Below are positions 9,669 through 17,610 of a stretch of DNA of 64,000 nt, piece by piece. Positions within the stretch are counted from its first letter, which is position 1. The number at the start of each line of letters is the position of its first letter. Made by a program: the position numbers and the translations under genes. Under the pieces are notes generated by a model. That model did not search any database and had not been told where the DNA came from. It was given only the letters and a program-made list of their open reading frames with translations. Source of the stretch: Candidatus Sumerlaeia bacterium (GTDB lineage Bacteria > Sumerlaeota > Sumerlaeia > MVZB01); the NCBI GenBank assembly GCA_963580245.1, contig CAUZJO010000005.1, positions 5,020 through 69,019 on the forward strand. Reading direction: 5' to 3'.

Positions 9669-10865
9669 ATGAGCGCGGCTCCCGAACCCACGAATCCTTC
9701 CGGTTGCCCGGTTGTCGAGACGAAGTTTTTCACCTTCGCCCAAGAGGGTGGGGATCCGCTTACCCTGGAGTGCAACGGCAAACTCTCCCCGGTGACGCTC
9801 GCCTACGAGACATACGGCCAACTCAATGAAGCGCGCGACAACGCGATCCTCGTTTTCCACGCCCTGACCGGCAGCCAACACGCCGCCGGATTCAACCCCG
9901 CGGTCGAGGGTGTCGACCGGCTGTGGAACGAGGAGTGCCGGACCGGTTGGTGGGACGACTTCATCGGACCCAACAGGGCGCTCGATACCAACCTCTACCA
10001 TGTCATCTGCGCCAATTACATCGGCGGTTGTTACGGATCGACCGGCCCCACCTCGACCAACCCCAAGACCGGCAAACCGTACGGCGGCGACTTCCCGATC
10101 GTGACGCTCGGCGACGTGGTCGACTCCCAGATGCGGTTGCTCGACCACCTCGGCGTGCGGACCTTGCTGGCCGCCAGCGGCGGATCGCTGGGCGGGATGA
10201 TGGCCCTGGACCTGGCCGTGCGCTATCCCGAGCGCGTGCGCTGCGTCATCCCGATCGCGACCGGGGTGCGCGCCAGCACGCTGCAGCGGCTGCACAACTT
10301 CGAGCAAATCTACGCCATCGAAGAAGACCCCAATTTCAACTACGGGCACTACTACGACGGCGAGCCGCCGCTGATGGGCCTGGTGCTGGCCAGGATGATC
10401 GGCCACAAGACGTTCGTTTCGCTGGGCGTGCTCCAAGAGCGCGCCGGCGGGCAGATCCTGCAAGGCGACGACGACCTCAAAGGCTACCGTCTCCAGCACG
10501 CCATCGAGTCCTACATGCTCAATCGGGGCAGGAAGTTCGTCGAGCGCTTCGACGCGAACGCGTATCTGCGCATCATCAGCATGTGGCAGCGTTTCGACCT
10601 GACGCGCTCGTCGGGCGGATATCTACCCCGGGCGCTGGTTCCGTGTCGCGATCACCGCTTCTTGATCTTCTCCATCGACTCGGACGTCTGTTACTACAAC
10701 GACGAGCAAGACGAGCTATGTGAGGGGCTCAAACGAGCCAGCGTGAACTATCTTCACATCACGGTCCACTCCGACAAGGGCCACGACTCCTTCCTGCTCG
10801 AGCCCAAACTCTTTTCGCCTCATATCTCGTACGTCCTGAACGAGACCCATTGCGAGATACAATAG
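9669..10865 (+). CDS. metX: homoserine O-acetyltransferase
   Basis: Alpha/beta-hydrolase MetX family, with the nucleophile elbow in GGSLGGM. Downstream of metY. Confidence 0.85.
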   Translation: MSAAPEPTNPSGCPVVETKFFTFAQEGGDPLTLECNGKLSPVTLAYETYGQLNEARDNAILVFHALTGSQHAAGFNPAVEGVDRLWNEECRTGWWDDFIGPNRALDTNLYHVICANYIGGCYGSTGPTSTNPKTGKPYGGDFPIVTLGDVVDSQMRLLDHLGVRTLLAASGGSLGGMMALDLAVRYPERVRCVIPIATGVRASTLQRLHNFEQIYAIEEDPNFNYGHYYDGEPPLMGLVLARMIGHKTFVSLGVLQERAGGQILQGDDDLKGYRLQHAIESYMLNRGRKFVERFDANAYLRIISMWQRFDLTRSSGGYLPRALVPCRDHRFLIFSIDSDVCYYNDEQDELCEGLKRASVNYLHITVHSDKGHDSFLLEPKLFSPHISYVLNETHCEIQ

Positions 10866-10876
10866 CGTTCATCCGG

Positions 10877-11770
10877 CTACTGGATGTTCTGGACCTGTTC
10901 GCGCATCTGTTCGGTGAGTGATTTGAGTTCCAGTCCAAGGGGCGTGATTTGCGTATCGCGCGACTTCGAGCAGATCGTATTGACCTCGCGGCCGATCTCC
11001 TGCATCAGGAAATCGAGGTTCTTGCCGACGGCGTCGGCGCGCTCCTCGTTGCGCGTCAGCGCGGCGGCCCGATCCAGGTGGGCGCGCAGGCGGGTGATTT
11101 CTTCACTGATGTCGCCGCGATCGGCCAGCATCGCCGTCTCCAGCTCGAGGCGCCCCGGCTCCAGTTGGGTCTTGAGCTCGGCCGCCAGCTCCTGGGCGCG
11201 AGCCGTTAGCCGTTCGCGCTGGCGGGCCAGGACTTCGTCTTTGAGGGCCTCGATCCGCTCGACGCCGACGCGCATCCGCTGGATCAGGTCGCTTAACTGA
11301 GCGGCCAGGGCCTCGCCCTCGCGCCGGCGCTCGGCCTCCAGGGCCGCCAGCGCCTCCTCGACGCACACGCGCAGGGTCTCCCACAGGGTTTCGCTCTCGA
11401 GCTCGGGCGGCGCCACCTCGAGCACGCCCGGCAGCCCGGTCAGCGATGCGATGGGGATCTCGCCCGCGGCCCCTAGCTCGCTCAGCCGCCGCAACTGTTT
11501 AAGATACTGCCCCGCCAGCTCGGCATTGACGCGCACCGTTGGCTGGGCCTCCTCGCCCCCTTTCCAACGCACCCGGCAATCCACCTTGCCGCGCACGACG
11601 CGCTCCTTTAGCAATGCGCGCAACGGCGGTTCCAGGGCATTCAGCTCGCGCGCCAGGCCGACCGAGATGTCCTGGTACCGATTGTTCACCGTACGCAGTT
11701 CGACCATGAACTGGCCAACGGGGGTTTCACACTGGACCCGCCCAAACCCCGTCATGCTGCACAGCCCCAT
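10877..11770 (-). CDS. yicC: YicC family protein (DUF1732)
   Basis: N-terminal MTGFGR motif, conserved C-terminal NTICSKS and EQMREQVQNIQ. Start placed at an internal Met to match the family N-terminus. Confidence 0.75.
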   Translation of the reverse strand: MGLCSMTGFGRVQCETPVGQFMVELRTVNNRYQDISVGLARELNALEPPLRALLKERVVRGKVDCRVRWKGGEEAQPTVRVNAELAGQYLKQLRRLSELGAAGEIPIASLTGLPGVLEVAPPELESETLWETLRVCVEEALAALEAERRREGEALAAQLSDLIQRMRVGVERIEALKDEVLARQRERLTARAQELAAELKTQLEPGRLELETAMLADRGDISEEITRLRAHLDRAAALTRNEERADAVGKNLDFLMQEIGREVNTICSKSRDTQITPLGLELKSLTEQMREQVQNIQ

Positions 11771-11816
11771 TTGGTTTTCCAAACTCATGTCAAACGACCC
11801 ATGCTTTCACGTATAG

Positions 11817-11943
11817 GAACCTCTAGAATTTCGGTTTGCGGTCGTCCCTACGGGACTCCAATTCGTTATCGGTATAATATCCCGCCACTTGCGTGGCGGG
11901 CTGAAAGCAATCGTCCCTACCGGGACTGAATTTATAGAGGCGC
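11817..11943 (-). repeat. ~125-bp multi-hairpin element, copy B (inverted relative to copy A), 29 bp upstream of the yicC start
   Basis: The reverse complement aligns base-for-base with 9168-9293, including the GNRA hairpin CCCGCCACGCAAGTGGCGGG. Confidence 0.55.
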
Positions 11944-12083
11944 CTTTATTCAGAAAACAGGAACGAACTCAAGGCCAAAACCAGTCATTATCCTAACTTG
12001 ATTCCACGGCCCATTTCAAAATCCGTGAAAATCCGTCAAATCCGCGTCCCATTCTTATCCACCGCATCCCCGCCCCAAACAAC

Positions 12084-13382
12084 CTATCCCCCATCGCCGT
12101 CGCCCGGCCCCACGGACGGAGCGGCCGGCCGTGGAAGCGGCGTGGGCTTCGGCGGCCCAGCCCGAGGTTCCTGAGTGGCGCCCTCGATGGGCACATCGGG
12201 CCGTTTGGACCAATAAAGTTCCATCCACAGCACCTTGGCAAAGCATGCAACCGGCACGGCCAGGATCATTCCGCCCAGGCCGGCCCGCGACCCGACGGCC
12301 AGCGCCAACATCACCGCCAACGGATGAAGACTCGCCCCGCGCCCGACGATAAGCGGCTGAAACACCATGGCATCCAGGGCTTGGATCGCGCCGAACCCCG
12401 CCAGCAAGTAGATGATATGCACGCCTCGGTCGCTCATCGTATCGAGCGAGCCGGTGAACAAAATCCACAGTAGCCCCGGCAGGAAACCCGCGACCGAACC
12501 CAAGTAAGGGATCAGGTTCATCAGCCCCGCAAAGCACCCGATCAGGATCGCGTACTGCTTCATCCCGATCAGGAACAGCAAGACGGAGGTCAACGCGCCG
12601 ACGAACGCGCAGACGATCAACTGGCCGCGCATGAACCCGCCGACCGCCCGATCGCCCTTGAGCAGGATAGCCCAAATGCGATCATGATGTCGTGCGGGCA
12701 GGGCCTTGCGGATGACCCGCGGGATGTCGTCCATATCGGCCAGGTAATAAAAGGCGATAATGACGACGAAGATGAAGGAGGCCGCGATGCCTCCGGTCGC
12801 CTTGATCACCCCGGCGATGCCCCCCGCCACGCTGCGCGCGACGTTCACCGAGCCCTCGGCGACCGTCCCAACCGTCCCGCCCAGGCTCATGAAGAGGCCT
12901 TTGATCTGCCCGTCCAGGTTGGCGACAAACTCGCGGAACCGCTCCTCGAGTTGCGCGCGCGCCTCCGCGTCGAGGTGCTTGGCGGTCAGGCTGTTGACGA
13001 TCTTCTCAACCGAGTTGCTCAGGTCGCTCAGGCCCGCGGTGATCTGCTGATAGAGGACCGGCGCCAACCACGCCGAGACCCCGCCGATCAACAACACGAT
13101 CAACGCCCCCACCACCAGGATCCCGGCGGTCCGGCCCAGCTTGAGCTTCTCCTGCGTGAAACTCACGATCGGATGGAAAACGTAGGCCACGATCAAAGCC
13201 ACCAGGAACGGGGAGAGCAGATCGAGCGCCAAGACAAGGATCGGCGCGAGCTGGCGCAACGCGAACAACGCCACCGCCGCGGCGAGGAGCCAAAACAGCA
13301 CCTTGAGCCAGGGCGTCGAGGTCTTGAAGTATTCGTCCAATCCTGTCACGAGCACCCTTCCCTCGACATCTCCAAGCGTCAA
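12084..13382 (-). CDS. AI-2E family transporter (PerM/UPF0118)
   Basis: Polytopic membrane protein with the conserved AI-2E C-terminal region (GLMNLIPYLGSVAGF...). Confidence 0.7.
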   Translation of the reverse strand: MTLGDVEGRVLVTGLDEYFKTSTPWLKVLFWLLAAAVALFALRQLAPILVLALDLLSPFLVALIVAYVFHPIVSFTQEKLKLGRTAGILVVGALIVLLIGGVSAWLAPVLYQQITAGLSDLSNSVEKIVNSLTAKHLDAEARAQLEERFREFVANLDGQIKGLFMSLGGTVGTVAEGSVNVARSVAGGIAGVIKATGGIAASFIFVVIIAFYYLADMDDIPRVIRKALPARHHDRIWAILLKGDRAVGGFMRGQLIVCAFVGALTSVLLFLIGMKQYAILIGCFAGLMNLIPYLGSVAGFLPGLLWILFTGSLDTMSDRGVHIIYLLAGFGAIQALDAMVFQPLIVGRGASLHPLAVMLALAVGSRAGLGGMILAVPVACFAKVLWMELYWSKRPDVPIEGATQEPRAGPPKPTPLPRPAAPSVGPGDGDGG

Positions 13383-13533
13383 ACCAGAGTCCGGCCGGTC
13401 GACAAACTCACTGATCGCGGCGTGGCTGTATTATTTAAGGCCGGAGCGGTCTTGGCAAGCTCTATTGCGGGATATGAAAGACGCGGCCCGGATGGGTCGC
13501 TTCCTCAATCGTTCCTCGGGGGGCGGGAAACGG

Positions 13534-15063
13534 CTACTCGTAGATCTCCCACAGCGTCGCGGCGTTGCCGGGTTGTGCGACCAACGTGAAGAATCCGAAT
13601 TCATCGACGGTCGCCTTGGCCTCGTTGCGAGCCGAGTCGATGATGGTCGGGTTCTCCGTCCACGGGCCGCTTAAAGACGGGGCTGTGAAGATGATGAGAT
13701 CCGCATCCGTCCCCGGGAGCAATTCAATTTCGTGATCGACGTATTTCAGCGTCACCTCGGCCGACTCCCAACCTGTTCGGTCCGTCGAGATCTCCCACGC
13801 GACGCCGGCCACGTTCCCAAACGGCTCGAGGTTGGTGATGCCGCCATGATGCCGCCGGAGCGTGACGGTCACGATCGAAGCGCCGTCCGTCCCGCCTCCA
13901 GAACCCTTGTCATGGTCGGAGAAGTCGATCTTCGCCCGTGAATCGCCCACAACCGTCTCCGGCACAATCGCGCCTCCGATTCCGTCGCTGATGCGAGAGC
14001 GGGCCAAGTAGGTCGCCGAAGCCGGTGGCGTTTCAGGACTGAACACCACGTAGCTCTTCCCGGAACGATTATGGCTACCGCCCTCCTCGCCTGCGTCAGG
14101 GGCACCGATGATCACGTCGACCAAACCGTCGCCGTTGACGTTTCCCGCGCCAGAGACGCTCGAGCCGGAGCTGTCGTGAAACAGGCAGAAGTTACTTGAG
14201 TGAATCCCGTTGAGGACGAACCCGCTGGCGTTGCTGACCGCGGCGATCTCCGACAAATTGACCACTCCCCCGTCCGGCTTGCCGAACACGACGTAGCTCT
14301 CCCCAGCACTTTTTTTGCCGCCGGAATCCGCGCTCGCCGCCCCGACGATCAGATCGGCCAGACCGTCGCCGTTCACGTCTCCCGCCGCCGAAACGCTTCT
14401 TCCTGCAAAGTTACCGGGGTCAGTCCCCTTGATGATGAACCCGCCGCTGTTGTCATCCATGGCAGTGTCCAATAGATCAACAACCGCGCCGTCGGCCTTA
14501 CCGAAGACCACGTAGCATTCCCCAGCCTTGTCATATTTGGCTGAACCCTCCGATCCCACAATCAGATCGGCCAGACCATCGCCGTTGATGTCCCCACCAC
14601 CTGAGACGCTAGTCCCGGTATGCACCACACCATTTGCATCCGCCGGGCTGTATATGACAAAGCCGCCGTGATCGTTGTCCATGGCGAACTCGCATAAATC
14701 AACTGGCCACCCGCTGGCCCTCCCAAAAACGAGATAAGTTTCCCCGCTGTCGGTCCCCGGTTCTGGCGCCCCCACAATCAGATCGGCCAGGCCGTCGCCG
14801 TTGACATCTCCGCCACCTGAGACGCTTTCCCCGGAGAAAGCCTCTGGTCCTCCCCTGCCACTGAAGAAGATAAGGAATCCACCGCCATTGTCATAATGGA
14901 CAATGTCCGGCAGCTCGATCACCTTCGCCGGCGCCGTCGCCCCCCCGAACAGCACCCCAACGACCAGCGCCGCGAAGCCTGCTAGGCGGGTGCAGTTGGA
15001 CCCGCCACGCTGCAGACATGGAGACCAGCCCCATCTGAATTGGGAAACCTGAGAGCGATTCAT
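13534..15063 (-). CDS. secreted FG-GAP/VCBS repeat protein
   Basis: Signal peptide. Four or more repeats of SVSGGGDVNGDGLADLIVGAP. The start ATG overlaps the upstream stop (ATGA). C-terminal tail ...ATLWEIYE. Confidence 0.65.
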   Translation of the reverse strand: MNRSQVSQFRWGWSPCLQRGGSNCTRLAGFAALVVGVLFGGATAPAKVIELPDIVHYDNGGGFLIFFSGRGGPEAFSGESVSGGGDVNGDGLADLIVGAPEPGTDSGETYLVFGRASGWPVDLCEFAMDNDHGGFVIYSPADANGVVHTGTSVSGGGDINGDGLADLIVGSEGSAKYDKAGECYVVFGKADGAVVDLLDTAMDDNSGGFIIKGTDPGNFAGRSVSAAGDVNGDGLADLIVGAASADSGGKKSAGESYVVFGKPDGGVVNLSEIAAVSNASGFVLNGIHSSNFCLFHDSSGSSVSGAGNVNGDGLVDVIIGAPDAGEEGGSHNRSGKSYVVFSPETPPASATYLARSRISDGIGGAIVPETVVGDSRAKIDFSDHDKGSGGGTDGASIVTVTLRRHHGGITNLEPFGNVAGVAWEISTDRTGWESAEVTLKYVDHEIELLPGTDADLIIFTAPSLSGPWTENPTIIDSARNEAKATVDEFGFFTLVAQPGNAATLWEIYE

Positions 15064-15392
15064 TCGACTGTAAAAGAGCTCAGTGTCACTGGAATTGAAC
15101 TGCTAAAGCCGACAAGGCTTATGCGCTCCTCGCCTTCCACCAGATCAAACCGTCCCCCGACCAGCAGGCCGACGCCGGACGAGGTAAAGGCATGCACTTG
15201 AGCGCCGTTGCCGCCCAACTCCGGGCTCCAGGCGATCGGTTCGCCCGTATTGGAGCCGTCGGCGGGATTAAAAGCGGCGAGGCCCGTCCGCGGAAAGGTG
15301 CCGTCCTTGAAACTTGTGAAAACTCTGCCCGCGATCAGATTGACGCCGTCAAAATGGAGGCCCAAATCCCCCCATTCATCCGCGGATCCCAT
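15060..15392 (-). CDS. C-terminal segment of the delta-60 repeat protein (out of frame with 15335..16300), ending PVTLSSFTVE
   Basis: It continues the repeat pattern (FPRTGLAAFNPADGSNTGEPIAW). The frame switch coincides with a G6/C6 homopolymer at 15368-15373. One extra G restores ...DPRMNGGDLGLHFDGVNLIAGRVF. Confidence 0.5.
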   Translation of the reverse strand: MGSADEWGDLGLHFDGVNLIAGRVFTSFKDGTFPRTGLAAFNPADGSNTGEPIAWSPELGGNGAQVHAFTSSGVGLLVGGRFDLVEGEERISLVGFSSSIPVTLSSFTVE

Positions 15393-16300
15393 GTCGGATC
15401 CGCAAGACCCGTGTTGCTCCCATCGGCCAGCTCGAAGGCCGCCAGGGAAGATCGGGGAACGTCTCCATTGACATGACCGAATGTCCCACCGGCATAAAGG
15501 ACCGAATTGTGGATCGGGATGCTCGACACCTTGTCGCGAGATCGGCCACCCTGGATCGGATGCCAGGCGGGATCGACACGACCGATATTCACGTCGTTTG
15601 CGAGTTCGAAGGCCGCCAGAAAGCGGCGCGCGGCCCCCTCGTCGATTCCCGAGGTCACACCGGCAAATACGCCCCCCGCATAAACGAGGTCATCGGTGAC
15701 TGCCAATGTTTCAACATAATAATTAACTTGAGGATCCCAGACGGCATCCAACCGACCGGTCCGACCGCCTCCAGCCAGCTCGAAGGCCGCCAGGTTCCTG
15801 CGCGTGACACCATCATTAACGTCGAGGAATTGGCCTCCGACGTACAGGCGGTCTCCCTTCACCGCGAGCGCGAGGACAAAACCATCTACATTGGGGTCCC
15901 AATCCGGGTCCAGCTCGCCGGTGAGTGCGTGAAAAGCGGCTAAACTTCTGCGTGGGACGCCATCAACCGTGGTGAAGAATCCACCGATATAGATACGATT
16001 CTCATGCTGTGCCACGGCGAAGACGGTAGGCTCGATGGCCCGGCTACCCTCTATGACGGGAAACGCCGGATCAGGTGTCCCCGGCAGGGCGAATGCCCGT
16101 GTGAGAAATCCGAAGAGGCAACTTGACCACAAAACCAGCCGAACTTCAAAGCCAAGGCCGGATCGTCGTTCCCGGCTTGGACGTCGTGTGACCCACCCTG
16201 GACCGAGTTTGGTCCTTGACTTGAACGCAACAAGCCCATTTCTCATCCCCCTTGCCCCCCATTCGAGTAATTTAAAAGTCCATAAACCAACCATGCACAT
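15335..16300 (-). CDS. delta-60 repeat (beta-propeller) secreted protein, N-terminal part (frameshifted gene)
   Basis: Signal peptide. Repeated RRxLAAFELxxG...DPxWDPxV...YxGGxF units typical of the delta-60 repeat. Confidence 0.55.
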   Translation of the reverse strand: MCMVGLWTFKLLEWGARGMRNGLVAFKSRTKLGPGWVTRRPSRERRSGLGFEVRLVLWSSCLFGFLTRAFALPGTPDPAFPVIEGSRAIEPTVFAVAQHENRIYIGGFFTTVDGVPRRSLAAFHALTGELDPDWDPNVDGFVLALAVKGDRLYVGGQFLDVNDGVTRRNLAAFELAGGGRTGRLDAVWDPQVNYYVETLAVTDDLVYAGGVFAGVTSGIDEGAARRFLAAFELANDVNIGRVDPAWHPIQGGRSRDKVSSIPIHNSVLYAGGTFGHVNGDVPRSSLAAFELADGSNTGLADPTWDPRMNGGIWASILTASI

Positions 16301-16575
16301 CGCTGTCTGAGCAACAACAGGTCCATTTTTTTGTGTTGGAGGGGAAACCGTATATTTCGTCCGGAACCGCCTGTTCAGGCCCGGATACGATCAAAAATCA
16401 ACCAAATCAACCCCCGCGCAACATGCAGACGAGGCAAATCAGAGGAGAAAAGCCAACTTTAAGGATATAAGGAGGTTTATATCTTCATAATGCTTGAACA
16501 AAAATTGTGCGCCGCGTGTGCGGTTTCTCGATTTGAGAAACAACCGACGGGCGCCGACTTCACTCAAGTCAGGCG

Positions 16576-17382
16576 TCATGGCTCTTCCGGCGATAGAGAT
16601 GGTTTGATCGTTCGGTCTCGACTGACCGCGCTCAGGGCGCCGTGAAGACCGCGCAATAAGAGGCTTGCGTCAATCCCCAGGCCCAACATGCGAAACCCCG
16701 CTTCGCGGCGCGCGATCAGGTTTCCATTGTTGGTCGCCAAGAGGCCGCACTGTTTGCCTTGGGCCCGAATCTTGTCCTTGGCCGCGTTGATTTGCTCGGC
16801 CACGCCGGGCCCCTCCCACTGGCCGCGATAGCCGGCGGTCGCGGAGTAATCGCTGGGGCCGAAGAAATAGATGTCCACGCCGGGCACTTCGATCAAGGCG
16901 TCGATGTTGCGGCCGGCCTTGACCGACTCGATGATGGGGATGACCAGGACGTTCTCGTTTGCCTCGCCGACGTGTTGGGTGACGCACTCGCCCCAACCGG
17001 TCGCCCGTTCCGCCCCGATCCCGCGCTCGCCTTCGACCGGATAGCGCGCGAAGGCGACCGCCTGGCGAAGTTGCTCGTCCGTTTCGATCCACGGGACGAT
17101 GACGCCATCGGCGCCGATGTCGAGCGCCCGCTTGATCAGCCCCCGGTTCAGTTCCGCGATCCGGACCAACGCAACGGTCCGGCTGCGCACGGTCGCGCGC
17201 AGATGTTCGACGATCTCCTTCCAGTCCAGGTGTCCATGTTCGGCGTCAATGACGACCCAATCCAGGCCCAGCGCCACGGCCATCTCGGTGATGCCGACCG
17301 ACTCCATCGTCACCCACAAGCCGTAGACGGGCTGATCGGCGCCGAGTTTCTCGCGCAGTTGTCGAATGGCCGAGGTCTTCAT
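16576..17382 (-). CDS. HpcH/HpaI family 2-keto-3-deoxy-acid aldolase
   Basis: HpcH/HpaI aldolase family fold signature along its length (VIDAEHG, metal-binding E/D). Confidence 0.8.
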   Translation of the reverse strand: MKTSAIRQLREKLGADQPVYGLWVTMESVGITEMAVALGLDWVVIDAEHGHLDWKEIVEHLRATVRSRTVALVRIAELNRGLIKRALDIGADGVIVPWIETDEQLRQAVAFARYPVEGERGIGAERATGWGECVTQHVGEANENVLVIPIIESVKAGRNIDALIEVPGVDIYFFGPSDYSATAGYRGQWEGPGVAEQINAAKDKIRAQGKQCGLLATNNGNLIARREAGFRMLGLGIDASLLLRGLHGALSAVSRDRTIKPSLSPEEP

Positions 17383-17610
17383 GTTTGCATCCTTCTCATC
17401 ACCGAGCTGTTCTGAACGTTAGCGCGCATCGCCGGGATCGAGGCGGTCCTTTTCCCGGTTGGTTCAGACCGCCGGGTTGCGTGGGCGAACCTCACGCGCC
17501 AGGTCGATAAAACGACTTGCTCCACGTTTAGCACACTTCAGGAGTTTTGCGAATTGAATCCACCCGAACTCGCCGGGCACGCTTGCCGCCCGGTGCGACC
17601 GGTTGGGGGT

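Noticed and set aside
12010-12050. Short tandem AAATCCG x3 (aaaATCCGtgaaaATCCGtcaaATCCGcg).
   Set aside because: Too short and degenerate to call a repeat feature. It lies in the spacer downstream of the AI-2E transporter gene.
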